Assembly: GCF_051097895.1 (NCBI RefSeq)
Contig: NZ_CP142525.1
Span: 1,800,001-1,832,000 of the forward strand
Source: Psychrobacter sp. HD31
Lineage (GTDB): Bacteria; Pseudomonadota; Gammaproteobacteria; Pseudomonadales; Moraxellaceae
Direction: 5' to 3'
DNA: 32,000 nucleotides
Made by a program: the position numbers and the translations under genes. This document shows positions 17,547-26,908 of this stretch, one piece after another. Positions within the stretch are counted from its first letter, which is position 1, and each line of letters starts with the position of its first letter. The notes under the pieces were generated by a model that was not told where the DNA came from, made no database searches, and saw only the letters and a program-made list of their open reading frames with translations.

Positions 17547-17731
17547 GTTTAACCTCCTTGTCGGTTTAAGTAGATATGAGCTATTTATCATAAATCATAT
17601 AATGAATATCGCATCTTGTCCTTAATGCCAATATCTCTTTAATCCCCCATATTTTTAGCAGATTTTTGAGTAATTGTAAACTTTTTTATTATCTTGTTTT
17701 ATATAGTGTTGTTATTTATGAAAAATAAGTT

Positions 17732-17750
17732 TTATCGATAATGTTATAAT
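17732..17750 (+). promoter_or_regulatory. extended -10 promoter element TGTTATAAT (17742-17750) abutted by the 10-bp palindrome TTATCGATAA (17732-17741), upstream of the yhiN-like gene
   Basis: A perfect TGnTATAAT lies 48 nt upstream of the GTG at 17798. The palindrome occupies the spacer/-35 side. Confidence 0.4.
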
Positions 17751-17797
17751 TTGTAGCTAAACTGAACATAAAACAACGATAAAACTTAAGGCTAATT

Positions 17798-19078
17798 GTG
17801 CAAGCTATGCAAACCATAAAAACTGAGGTACTCATCATTGGTGCAGGGGCATCTGGGTTATTTTGTGCTATGACCGCAGGCGGACGAGGGCGAAAAGTGA
17901 CGGTCATTGACCATGCCAACAAAGCAGGTAAAAAAATTCTAATGTCGGGTGGTGGGCGTTGCAACTTTACAAATTATTTTGTTGAACCAGAAAACTACAT
18001 TAGTCACAATGCTCATTTTTGCAAATCGGCTTTGTCTCGTTATAGTAACTGGGAGTTTATTGGTATGGTTGCCAAGCATCAAATCCCTTATCACGAGAGA
18101 GACTATGGGCAACTGTTTTGTGATGTGTCTTCTAAAGATATTGTAAAAATGTTATTAACCGAATGTGAGCAAGTGGGGGTGGATATTAACTTGCATACTG
18201 AGGTTGTTGATATTAATGTCATAGATCAAGACACCACATCACAATCACCAGCTAGTATAGCTTTGCTAGAGGAAACGGATTTTTCTACCAAATATAAATT
18301 TGCTGTTACGACGCAAAATAAAGATAAACAGCGCCTTATTTATTGTGAATCTTTGGTGATTGCAACAGGTGGGTTGTCAATCACCACGATGGGAGCAACT
18401 GGATTGGGTTATCAAATCGCACAGCAATTTGGGCATCAGCTTATGCCAACCACAGCTGGACTTGTACCCTTTACTTTTACTGATAAATTGGGGGAGGTTT
18501 TTGCATCGTTGTCGGGTATTAGTTTGGATGTGGTGGCATTTAATGAGCGTGCCAGTTTTGCTCGCCCGTTACTATTTACCCATCGTGGTTTATCTGGTTT
18601 TGCCATGCTTCAGTTGTCTAATTACTGGCAACAAGGCGAGACCATACATTTAAATTTAATGCCTAATGTGCAGGCAAGTGAGCTGTTGTTAACACATAAA
18701 GCCAAGCACCCAAAACAACGTATCCGAACGGCATTGGCTGAATATTTTCCTAAAAATTTGTTGTCTGCTTTGCAAAGCTTGTTGTGGGCAGAGGTTACTG
18801 AAACGGAACTTGCTAATATTAAAGATGAAACACTTGTAAAGCTTGGCAATACGCTTAATGATTGGGAAATCAAGCCATCAGGTACCGAAGGTTACCGCAC
18901 GGCGGAGGTAACTCGTGGTGGGGTAGCGACTGATGAGGTGTCTTCTAAAACGATGGAAAGCAAACGCCAGCAAGGGCTGTATTTTGTTGGCGAGGTGTTA
19001 GATGTAACTGGCTGGCTTGGCGGTTATAACTTCCAATGGGCGTGGGCAAGTGGGTTTGTATGTGGCGAGGTGGTTTGA
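17798..19078 (+). CDS. HI0933/YhiN/BaiN family NAD(P)/FAD-dependent oxidoreductase
   Basis: FAD dinucleotide motif VLIIGAGASGLFCA and the family-typical KILMSGGGRCNFTN. The C-terminal FVGEVLDVTGWLGGYNFQWAWASG also matches. The start is either GTG 17798 or ATG 17807. Confidence 0.85.
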   Translation: MQAMQTIKTEVLIIGAGASGLFCAMTAGGRGRKVTVIDHANKAGKKILMSGGGRCNFTNYFVEPENYISHNAHFCKSALSRYSNWEFIGMVAKHQIPYHERDYGQLFCDVSSKDIVKMLLTECEQVGVDINLHTEVVDINVIDQDTTSQSPASIALLEETDFSTKYKFAVTTQNKDKQRLIYCESLVIATGGLSITTMGATGLGYQIAQQFGHQLMPTTAGLVPFTFTDKLGEVFASLSGISLDVVAFNERASFARPLLFTHRGLSGFAMLQLSNYWQQGETIHLNLMPNVQASELLLTHKAKHPKQRIRTALAEYFPKNLLSALQSLLWAEVTETELANIKDETLVKLGNTLNDWEIKPSGTEGYRTAEVTRGGVATDEVSSKTMESKRQQGLYFVGEVLDVTGWLGGYNFQWAWASGFVCGEVV

Positions 19079-19081
19079 TTT

Positions 19082-19120
19082 AAAAAAGCTAGGCAATAAG
19101 TACCTAGCTAATCTTTTTTT
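19082..19120. terminator. bidirectional rho-independent terminator between the convergent yhiN-like and folA genes
   Basis: Stem AGCTAGG-N9-CCTAGCT, with A6 on the left and T7 on the right (4 nt after the stem on the + side). Confidence 0.75.
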
Positions 19121-19162
19121 AACGGAGTGTTATCGGCAATCAAGTATATTTGAAAGATACCA

Positions 19163-19750
19163 CTATGCTAGATAAGTCAAAAACTCAAATTCAAACCCAG
19201 TTTTTTCATCTATTTTGGTGTCAGACTTGCTAACTTGTTTAAAGTCGGTTGGCAGGTCAGGATAAAAAGCATCGCCATTTTCAATGACTGTGTTTACCTG
19301 TGTTAGTTCCACACGCGTTGTTATTGGTAGGGCTTGTCTAAATATTTGCTCTCCGCCAATTACCCAAAGCGTATCTAAACTTTGTTGTGTGGCTTGTTGT
19401 TTCCCCACCTCAATTGCTTCATCAAGGCTATTTACCACAATTATTTTGCCTTGCTCAATCCACTCAGCCCACTTATCTGAGCTTTTTTGAGGTACATAAT
19501 CGCTTTGACGGGTAATTATGATATTCACACGGTTTGGTAAAGGACGAGACCGCATCGACTCAAACGTTTTACGCCCCATCACCACAATACCTTTAAAACC
19601 ATTTTCGCCCACACTGTCAGCCGTGGTCATACGCTTAAAGTGTTGCAGGTCTTCGCTAATGTGCCAAGGTAAATCGTTGTCTTTGCCAATACAACGGTTG
19701 CTACTGATAGCAACGATTTGGGCAATGGTAATGTTGTTGGTGTTATCCAT
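19163..19750 (-). CDS. folA: dihydrofolate reductase
   Basis: RCIGKDNDLPWHISEDLQHFKRMT, VVMGRKTFES and WVIGGEQIF motifs. 195 aa, so longer than the 159-aa E. coli enzyme. AAAGGA RBS. It starts 28 nt after thyA. Confidence 0.9.
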   Translation of the reverse strand: MDNTNNITIAQIVAISSNRCIGKDNDLPWHISEDLQHFKRMTTADSVGENGFKGIVVMGRKTFESMRSRPLPNRVNIIITRQSDYVPQKSSDKWAEWIEQGKIIVVNSLDEAIEVGKQQATQQSLDTLWVIGGEQIFRQALPITTRVELTQVNTVIENGDAFYPDLPTDFKQVSKSDTKIDEKTGFEFEFLTYLA

Positions 19751-19778
19751 TTGTATCCTTTAAAGTTATTGTTTGGTT

Positions 19779-20639
19779 TTAAACGGCAACGGGTGCTTTA
19801 ATCGTGGCATGAGACTGGTAATTTTCTACTTTAATATCTTCAAAATTAAAACCAAAAACATCATCAACATCAGGGTTTAACCAAAGCGTTGGTAGCTCAA
19901 ATTGGCTACGGCTCAACTGCTCATTAACCTGATCTATGTGGTTATCGTAAATATGGCAATCCCCACCTGTCCACACAAACTCGCCAACCCCAAGTCCGCA
20001 AACTTGCGCTACCATATGCGTTAACAATGCATAGCTGGCAATATTAAATGGCACACCTAAAAACAAATCTGCCGAGCGTTGATATAACTGACAACTTAAC
20101 TTGCCATCGGCTACAAAAAACTGGAAGAGCGTGTGGCAAGGCGGCAATGCTACTTGATTTGCCTCGGCAGGGTTCCAACCAGAAACAATTAAACGGCGAG
20201 AGTCTGGATTGGTTTTAATGGTGTCAATCAGCTCTTGGATTTGGTCAACACCATCATGATTGTAGCTGCCATCGGCTTTTTTGCTTGCACCATAGTTACG
20301 CCATTGATGCCCATATACAGGACCAAGCTCTCCTGCTGGACGGTTAAACTTGGCAGTTTGTTCGGCAGTTGCCCATTCATTCCAGATTCTAACCCCATTG
20401 TCCTGTAAATATTGAACATGAGTGTCGCCTTTTAAAAACCATAACAACTCATAAACAATAGATTTAAAATGCACTTTTTTGGTGGTTAAAAGCGGAAAGC
20501 CGTCGCTCATGTCAAAACGTAATTGTGCGCCAAAATGGCTTCGTGTACCAGTGCCAGTGCGGTCACTCTTTTTGGTGCCGTTGTCACGCACGTATTGTAT
20601 TAAATCTAAATAGGCTTGTTCATTTTTGCTGGTAATCAT
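19779..20639 (-). CDS. thyA: thymidylate synthase
   Basis: Highly conserved ThyA sequence, including the DRTGTGT motif, the active-site [13 protein letters not shown] and [16 protein letters not shown]. Confidence 0.97.
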   Translation of the reverse strand: MITSKNEQAYLDLIQYVRDNGTKKSDRTGTGTRSHFGAQLRFDMSDGFPLLTTKKVHFKSIVYELLWFLKGDTHVQYLQDNGVRIWNEWATAEQTAKFNRPAGELGPVYGHQWRNYGASKKADGSYNHDGVDQIQELIDTIKTNPDSRRLIVSGWNPAEANQVALPPCHTLFQFFVADGKLSCQLYQRSADLFLGVPFNIASYALLTHMVAQVCGLGVGEFVWTGGDCHIYDNHIDQVNEQLSRSQFELPTLWLNPDVDDVFGFNFEDIKVENYQSHATIKAPVAV

Positions 20640-20795
20640 GTTTTTTCTCTGTGATATGTCGTTTGTTATGTGTGTGCGTATCTTTTATTTTTTGTGGTTT
20701 TAGGTTGTTAAAATCAACTGTTACCTGACTTTGCAGGTATGATAGCAACATAGATGGTATTGTATCTTTTGCATTGTGATTTACACCCTTTGATT

Positions 20796-21674
20796 TTATT
20801 GTTTACCCCAATCATAAATTTTATTGCGATAAGCAATGATAAGCATAATTAAGCCTACGATTATCATAGGTGCACTTAAAATTTGTCCTTTTGTCATCCA
20901 ACCAAATAAAATAAATCCTTGGTCGGCATCTGGCTGGCGGAAAAACTCGATGATAAATCGGCTTAAACCATAGCCTATCAAAAATAATGAGGTGACAGCC
21001 ATGCGTGGGCGTGGACGAGAAGAGAACCACCACAACACAACAAACAGCAACAAACCTTCTGCAAATGCCTCATAAAGTTGAGAAGGGTGGCGTGGTAACA
21101 GGTATTGCCCAGCGACCTCTTTTACAAGGTTTTGTATGCTTGGGTTAGACTGTAATAGTTGTGTATCTGCACCAGCCGCTTGAGGAAAGTAGGTTAACCA
21201 AGGGTGGCTAGCATCCGAGACACGCCCCCATAACTCGCCATTAATATAGTTGCCTAAGCGGCCAAAGAGTAGACCCGTTGGCACGCAAGGTACAATAAAA
21301 TCCCATACCGTAAAAGCAGATTTTTTATACTTATAACCAAAATACATCATGGCAAACATAACGCCTAAAAAACCACCATGGAATGACATGCCTCCTTCCC
21401 ATACTCTAAACAAATACGCTGGGTTTTTTAAAAATTCGCCAAATTGATAAAACAGCACATAGCCAATCCGCCCACCAAGGATAACGCCTAATGCCCCATA
21501 AAAAACCAAATCAGAAACCATGTCTGATGTCCAGTCGTCTCGCTTGGTACTGCGGTAATGTGCTAAACCGTATGCGGCTGCAAATGCCAGTAAATACATA
21601 AATCCATACCAGTGGATTTGTATCGGACCAAGTGAAAGCAAAACAGGGTCAAATTGAGGATGAATCATTGCCAT
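20796..21674 (-). CDS. lgt: phosphatidylglycerol--prolipoprotein diacylglyceryl transferase
   Basis: FDPVLLSLGPIQIHWYGFMYLLAF N-terminus, GRLGNYINGELWGR and HPSQLYE motifs. 292 aa, polytopic. Confidence 0.95.
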   Translation of the reverse strand: MAMIHPQFDPVLLSLGPIQIHWYGFMYLLAFAAAYGLAHYRSTKRDDWTSDMVSDLVFYGALGVILGGRIGYVLFYQFGEFLKNPAYLFRVWEGGMSFHGGFLGVMFAMMYFGYKYKKSAFTVWDFIVPCVPTGLLFGRLGNYINGELWGRVSDASHPWLTYFPQAAGADTQLLQSNPSIQNLVKEVAGQYLLPRHPSQLYEAFAEGLLLFVVLWWFSSRPRPRMAVTSLFLIGYGLSRFIIEFFRQPDADQGFILFGWMTKGQILSAPMIIVGLIMLIIAYRNKIYDWGKQ

Positions 21675-21810
21675 AATATGTTATCTTGTATTGATTTATA
21701 TTTATAAAATTAGATTTATGATACCAAAAAACGTAGTAAACGTGTTATTTGCTTAACGGTTTTTTAATATTGATTTTTTAAGTGCGTTTGTAAAAACAAG
21801 CAGGAAGAAT

Positions 21811-22584
21811 ATGTGTATTGTCGCCATTGCTTGGCAATTATTTGAAGAAATGCCATTGATTTTACTTTCAAATCGAGATGAGTTTTTAGACCGTCCGACT
21901 TTGCCTGCATATCAATGGGCAGATTTACCCATTTTTGCAGGCAGAGATGAAAAAAGTGGCGGCACTTGGCTTGGCTATCATCAAAGTCAAAACGGCACGC
22001 AAAATGGGCGTTGGGCAACCATCTTAAATTTTAGGGAGGTGGTGCATCCTAATGCTAACCAGCCTTCACGAGGTAAGTTAGTTACTGACTTTTTAACAAG
22101 TGATTTATCGCCCATGGCGTTTGCCAAGCAAATTAAACTTAATGACTATGCTGGTTTTAATTTGGTATTGGGAGATAGCAATCCAAAAAGCAGGCAAGCG
22201 GTGTTAGTTAATAATCGAGGCGTTTCGCCCACTGCCTTACATAACGGGCTACATGTTTTTTCTAACGGGCAGCCGGATGCAGCTTGGTTTAAATGCGAGC
22301 GTTTACGTACGCGGGTTTATCAGGAGGTGTTGCCGTTAATTGCGCAACATATATCAACAGATAGATGGGAAGAAGTCGCTTTTGAGGTATTGTCTGACAC
22401 CATGCAATCGCCAAAAGATAAAATACCAGATACAGGACTAGCATCAGAAATTGAGCAGGCACTGTCTTCCATTTTTATTGAACACAATCGACTCAATAAC
22501 TATGGTACACGCACCCAAAGTATTTTAACGAGTAGCCAGCAAAACGCTGACAAGAAAAGTAAATTAGTGCTTTTAAGTAAATAA
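21811..22584 (+). CDS. NRDE family protein (DUF833 / TANGO2 homologue)
   Basis: N-terminal MCIVAIAW (Ntn-like Cys2) and the eponymous LLSNRDEF motif. 257 aa. AGGAAG RBS. Confidence 0.8.
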   Translation: MCIVAIAWQLFEEMPLILLSNRDEFLDRPTLPAYQWADLPIFAGRDEKSGGTWLGYHQSQNGTQNGRWATILNFREVVHPNANQPSRGKLVTDFLTSDLSPMAFAKQIKLNDYAGFNLVLGDSNPKSRQAVLVNNRGVSPTALHNGLHVFSNGQPDAAWFKCERLRTRVYQEVLPLIAQHISTDRWEEVAFEVLSDTMQSPKDKIPDTGLASEIEQALSSIFIEHNRLNNYGTRTQSILTSSQQNADKKSKLVLLSK

Positions 22585-22643
22585 AAAAAGTCGCCTAGGC
22601 TATTAAAAAGCGCTAAGCGTTTGATGGTAAAGAGTTGAGTTCA

Positions 22644-23168
22644 TTACACCAGTAAATGATTGTGTTGCATGTCACTTGGGATAATTAATTCTTTTTGCAG
22701 TGGTACATTGCGAGCAAGCTCTAGTAGTGCACGGCGATAAACACCTCGCTTGAAATGTACAACTTGATTGAGCGGGTACCAATAGCTTACCCATTCCCAA
22801 TGATCAAACTCTGGTTTGCCCGCATCAAAGCGGATAAATTGAGTATTCGGCTCATCTAGCTGTAGCAAAAACCACTTTTGTTTTTGCCCAATACACATGG
22901 GGTATTGCCCTTGGCGGATAAAACGCTTTGGTAAACGATAACGTAGCCAGCCATTTGTGACGGCTAAAGGAGTCACATGATGTGGCTGAAGTCCAACCTC
23001 TTCAAATAACTCTCGATACATTGCATCAACGGGTGTTTCTCCACGGTCAATCCCACCTTGTGGAAACTGCCAAGAGTTGTGCCCAATACGTTTTGCCCAT
23101 AGAACTTGTCCACGTGCATTTGCCAGGATGATACCGACATTGGCACGAAAGCCGTCTGCATCTATCAT
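22644..23168 (-). CDS. rppH: RNA pyrophosphohydrolase (Nudix)
   Basis: Nudix box [24 protein letters not shown] chose the start at [15 protein letters not shown] (ATG 23168), which matches the RppH N-terminus. The ORF-track start at 23204 adds 12 codons. Confidence 0.9.
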   Translation of the reverse strand: MIDADGFRANVGIILANARGQVLWAKRIGHNSWQFPQGGIDRGETPVDAMYRELFEEVGLQPHHVTPLAVTNGWLRYRLPKRFIRQGQYPMCIGQKQKWFLLQLDEPNTQFIRFDAGKPEFDHWEWVSYWYPLNQVVHFKRGVYRRALLELARNVPLQKELIIPSDMQHNHLLV

Positions 23169-23536
23169 GACTAAAACCTTAAAATTTTTGAAAAAAAAGC
23201 GCAATCAAAGGCTGTTATTGGGCAAACTGTTGGTTTATTATTTTATTATAGAAGTTTACTTAATAGTTGCTTTGATAAGCATTGAGCCAAACGAGCATTG
23301 ACAATAACTGTCTTCAAAATAACCTGAATTAATCAAGAATTTAATGTTTTGTTGATTGTTGTGTTAATGCAAGTTTAACGCCATATCATTACTTCTATTA
23401 AACCAAGAATTCCTACAGATGTACAATGATATTTTTAAATTGGTAAGTAATAAACCATAACAAACCAAAAAAATAGGTTATGATAGGCTGTTAAATCAAC
23501 AATAAATTTAAATTAACATTAAATAAGGACAATAAA

Positions 23537-23953
23537 ATGGCAGAAATGAACGCAACCGTTAGCTGGCAAGATGACGTAAATTTTGTTGGAACGTCTCCTT
23601 CTGGGCATGATGTACCAATGGATGCACAAAAACAAAAAGGCGCAAGCCCAATGGAGTTAATCTTGCTTGGCTTGGGTGGTTGTGCAAGTTATGATGTGGT
23701 AACGATTTTACAAAAAGGTCGTCAAGACGTATCAGACGTACGCTGTGAACTTACCGCCAATCGTGCCGATGCTGTGCCAGCGGTTTATACTGACATCCAC
23801 TTGCATTTTGTTGTTACTGGCAAAGCGGTTAGAGAAAAGCAAGTTGCTAAAGCGGTCGCGCTATCGGCAGAAAAATACTGTTCTGCAAGTCGTATGCTTG
23901 AAAGTGGTGGGGTTAAGATTACCCATGATTTTGAGATTATTGAGGCAGAATAA
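23537..23953 (+). CDS. OsmC/Ohr family peroxiredoxin-like protein
   Basis: 138 aa with the two family cysteines in typical contexts (LGLGGCASYDV and EKYCSASRM). AAGGA RBS. Confidence 0.85.
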   Translation: MAEMNATVSWQDDVNFVGTSPSGHDVPMDAQKQKGASPMELILLGLGGCASYDVVTILQKGRQDVSDVRCELTANRADAVPAVYTDIHLHFVVTGKAVREKQVAKAVALSAEKYCSASRMLESGGVKITHDFEIIEAE

Positions 23954-23959
23954 TACGTT

Positions 23960-24376
23960 ATGTTTTCTATGATTCCTAACACATCTTCAGCGTCAATTGG
24001 TTTGATGGCATTGGCTTGTTTGTTACCCTTTGCTTTTGCCATTATTGCTAAAGTTATTGCAGGTTTTAAAGCCGTTGATAACAGTAACCCACGTGAGTTT
24101 ATGGCAAAACAAACGGGGCTGGCAGCAAGGGTAGATGCGATACAAAAAAATAGTTTTGAATCATTGCCCATGTTTTTAGCCGCCATGCTGGTTGCCATGC
24201 TGTTTTTTGTGCCGCAACAGATCATTAATTATCTTGCAGTTTTGTATGTGGGGCTTAGGGTGGCGTATGGCTTTGCTTATATACTTAATTGGGCGACGTT
24301 ACGCTCGGTTTTATGGTTGCTTTCTATGGCATGTATTATGATGCTATTTTATTTAGCAGCTAAGTTGGCGCTGTAA
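23960..24376 (+). CDS. MAPEG family membrane protein (glutathione-transferase-like)
   Basis: 138 aa with about 4 TM helices. The segment RVDAIQKNSFESLPMF fits the MAPEG RxxxxxxNxxExxPxF motif. It starts 6 nt after the osmC-like stop. Confidence 0.7.
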   Translation: MFSMIPNTSSASIGLMALACLLPFAFAIIAKVIAGFKAVDNSNPREFMAKQTGLAARVDAIQKNSFESLPMFLAAMLVAMLFFVPQQIINYLAVLYVGLRVAYGFAYILNWATLRSVLWLLSMACIMMLFYLAAKLAL

Positions 24377-24418
24377 TGCTTGCCGTTTCAACTTAGCATT
24401 AGTAACAGGTTTAAAATT

Positions 24419-24457
24419 AGGGTGCTAGGGTATTAATCGCTTGCACCCTTTATCTTT
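24419..24457 (+). terminator. stem-loop between the convergent MAPEG and dusC genes (probable terminator)
   Basis: AGGGTGC-N17-GCACCCT followed by TTATCTTT. On the other strand it is followed by AATTTTAAA. Confidence 0.5.
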
Positions 24458-24487
24458 AACTAACTTACTTTTATCCAACTGTTTTAA

Positions 24488-25549
24488 CTAACAAGTTGAT
24501 AATAATAAATCGATAATCTTATTTAACTCTTTTTCTCTTTTAACGGTATCCCAAACCTCGATAGCCTCATCATACCCTTTGGTGAGCATGCCCAGCCACT
24601 GTTTGTAGCGACCAACTAACATGGTATCGCTTTTTGCTTGCCCTGATAAAAAATTGATTTGATGGGGGATGAGCGCCGACCATGTTAAAGTTGGGGTAGG
24701 TAAGTTGTTATCGTCATGGCAAACTTTTGCAAGTAAATCAGGGCGAGTCACTGCCCCACGTCCAAGCATAAGGTGTGGCGTATTGGCTTGAATCATACAG
24801 TTTTTAGCGTGCTCAGGTGTCCAAATTTCTCCATTGGCAATAATAGGTATTGGCAAATCGGTAAACTTGGTGATTTTATCCCAGTAGGCAGGCGGTTTGT
24901 AACCTTGGGTTTTAGTACGTGCATGGATGGTTAGCCAGTTGGCGCCGCTATCAGCAATTGCCTGACGGATATCATCCATATTATCCATGTTTTCATAGCC
25001 CAAACGTATTTTGGCAGAAACAGGGATATGTGCCGGCACAGCGGTACGTACCGCAGAAATGATGGCTTGCATTAACGGAGGTTCTGTTAATAAAACTGAG
25101 CCACCCTTGTGGTTATTGACTGTTTTGGCTGGGCAACCAAAGTTGATATCAATTGCTGGTGCGCCAAGTTCACATGCTTTTACGGCGTTTTCTGCCATTA
25201 ACTTTGCATCACTGCCCAATAATTGGATATGGATGGGTGTGCCTGCTTTGGTTTTGCTATTGGTATGTAGCTCTGGTACATATTTATAAAAAACATGGTT
25301 TGGTAAAACAGTTTGAGTAACGCGGATAAATTCACTAACTGACCAGCTGTAGCCTTTTTGTTCTTGTGCAATATCAGCGGTTAAATCAACAGAAATTTGA
25401 GTTAAAATCTCTCGCATCAGTGGGTCGGTTAAGCCTTCCATTGGTGCGAGTAAACGGACAGGCTGAGCAAACCATTGTTTGGTTATTTGTGTTGCTGATA
25501 GAGGCTGATTATGAGCGTTTTGCATGATTGATGACATGGTGGGTGGCAT
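24488..25549 (-). CDS. dusC: tRNA-dihydrouridine synthase (DusC-like)
   Basis: LLAPMEGLTDPLMREILT, DINFGCPAKTVNNHKGGSVLL and TIHARTK motifs. 353 aa with an insertion after the first strand. Which of three N-terminal ATGs is used is uncertain. Confidence 0.8.
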   Translation of the reverse strand: MPPTMSSIMQNAHNQPLSATQITKQWFAQPVRLLAPMEGLTDPLMREILTQISVDLTADIAQEQKGYSWSVSEFIRVTQTVLPNHVFYKYVPELHTNSKTKAGTPIHIQLLGSDAKLMAENAVKACELGAPAIDINFGCPAKTVNNHKGGSVLLTEPPLMQAIISAVRTAVPAHIPVSAKIRLGYENMDNMDDIRQAIADSGANWLTIHARTKTQGYKPPAYWDKITKFTDLPIPIIANGEIWTPEHAKNCMIQANTPHLMLGRGAVTRPDLLAKVCHDDNNLPTPTLTWSALIPHQINFLSGQAKSDTMLVGRYKQWLGMLTKGYDEAIEVWDTVKREKELNKIIDLLLSTC

Positions 25550-25706
25550 GATTAGTGATAAGGTATTTGCGATAGGCTAACGTAGTCACGCAATTATACC
25601 TGATTATTTTTATAGGGTTTCATTTATTATTATTGTGATGTTCCTCCATATTAAAACCGCATAAAACTTAATCACAAAACAAGACTATATTGAGTATCCA
25701 GCCAAG

Positions 25707-25740
25707 ATTTAGCTGGTTTTTTATTAAAAACCAGCTAAAT
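25707..25740 (-). terminator. perfect 15-bp-stem hairpin just downstream of the aldo-keto reductase gene (atypical terminator)
   Basis: ATTTAGCTGGTTTTT-TATT-AAAAACCAGCTAAAT. The A/T tracts lie inside the stem rather than after it. An alternative pairing, CCAGC(25698-25702)/GCTGG(25712-25716) followed by T6, is possible on the + strand. Confidence 0.45.
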
Positions 25741-25750
25741 ACGCTAAATA

Positions 25751-26806
25751 TTAAGGTGATGGATTAGGCTGATTGTTATGTACTTCTTCAATTGCCGTCA
25801 GTACGTCTTCACTTAGCTTTAAATTAATCGAATCAATATTGTTTGCAAGCTGTTCTAGGTTTGTTGCACCAATGATGTTGCTGGTAACAAAATGGCGAGA
25901 GTTAACAAATGCTAATGCCATTTTTGCCATGTCTAGCCCAGCATCTTCGGCGATTTTTGCGTACGCCTCTGTTGCTTTAATTGCTTGTTCATTGTTATAA
26001 CGAGCAAAACGGTCAAACAAGCTAAGGCGTGCCCCTTTTGGTTGTTTGCCATTTAAATATTTACCAGACAACACCCCAAACCCGAGTGGTGAGTATGCAA
26101 GTAAGCCAACGCCCTCACGGTGGGCAATTTCTGCCGAGCCAATCTCGTAAGTACGGTTAAGCAATGAGTATGGATTTTGTACGGTAATGGGCGGTAATAA
26201 TCCGTTTTTTTCTGCTTCTTTTATGTAATTCATAATGCCCCAAGGGGTATCGTTTGACAAACCATAAGCACGTATACGCCCTTTTTTAATCTCATCATTT
26301 AATGCCTGAATGGTTTCTAAAAAAGGTGTTAAATCGTTTAAATCTTGCCTTGCCATGCCTTTGGTATAGCCAAGGTTACCAAAAAAATTGGTTTGGCGTT
26401 CAGGCCAGTGTAGTTGATATAAATCAATATAATCGGTTTGTAGACGTTCTAAGTTGCCATCAATGGCTTGGCTAATGTGCTGTGCATTAAAACGGGTTTT
26501 ACCATCACGCAGGTAGGCCATTGGCGATATTTTGCTGGCTAAAATTACATCTTTACGTTTGCCTGTTTTGCTAAACCAAGAGCCAATACAACGTTCGGTA
26601 TTCCCTTGTGTTTCTGCTTGCGGTGGGAGTACAGGGTACATCTCGGCGGTGTCCCAAAAGTTAACGCCGTGTGCAAGCGCATAGTCCATTTGCTCATGGG
26701 CGTCTTTTTCGTCATTTTGGATGCCGCCTTCGTTATCCCATGTCATGGTACCTAGACAAATTTTAGAGACGCTTTCGTTTATTTGTGGCAAAGTTGTATA
26801 TAGCAT
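25751..26806 (-). CDS. NADP(H)-dependent aldo-keto reductase (Tas-like)
   Basis: 351 aa. Has the AKR pattern ICLGTMTW, FWDTAEMY, DLYQLHWP and GLSN, and resembles E. coli Tas in length and N-terminus. AAGGA RBS. Confidence 0.9.
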   Translation of the reverse strand: MLYTTLPQINESVSKICLGTMTWDNEGGIQNDEKDAHEQMDYALAHGVNFWDTAEMYPVLPPQAETQGNTERCIGSWFSKTGKRKDVILASKISPMAYLRDGKTRFNAQHISQAIDGNLERLQTDYIDLYQLHWPERQTNFFGNLGYTKGMARQDLNDLTPFLETIQALNDEIKKGRIRAYGLSNDTPWGIMNYIKEAEKNGLLPPITVQNPYSLLNRTYEIGSAEIAHREGVGLLAYSPLGFGVLSGKYLNGKQPKGARLSLFDRFARYNNEQAIKATEAYAKIAEDAGLDMAKMALAFVNSRHFVTSNIIGATNLEQLANNIDSINLKLSEDVLTAIEEVHNNQPNPSP

Positions 26807-26908
26807 GTTAATCCTTAATTTCTTGATTTATTATTTTGTGGCGTTGTCTGCTTTAAATGTTTAAACACATGTGATTTTATTATAAATGACTTTATAGGTT
26901 ATGTATGT

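Noticed and set aside
17547-17591. Upstream start codons in the ORF track for acs (17591), rppH (23204), the EamA permease (TTG 27847), the SSS permease (29373) and the small TM ORF (29078).
   Set aside because: For acs and the small TM ORF, a recognisable RBS precedes the downstream ATG. For rppH, the downstream ATG restores the family-typical N-terminus. For the EamA permease, an ATG is preferred over the TTG. For the SSS permease, the downstream ATG places TM1 at the N-terminus and avoids a 65-nt overlap with the small ORF.
23785-24225. 146-aa minus-strand ORF spanning the osmC-MAPEG junction.
   Set aside because: It is antisense to two genes with clear family motifs. It has no RBS and an Ala/Ser/Ile-rich shadow-frame composition.
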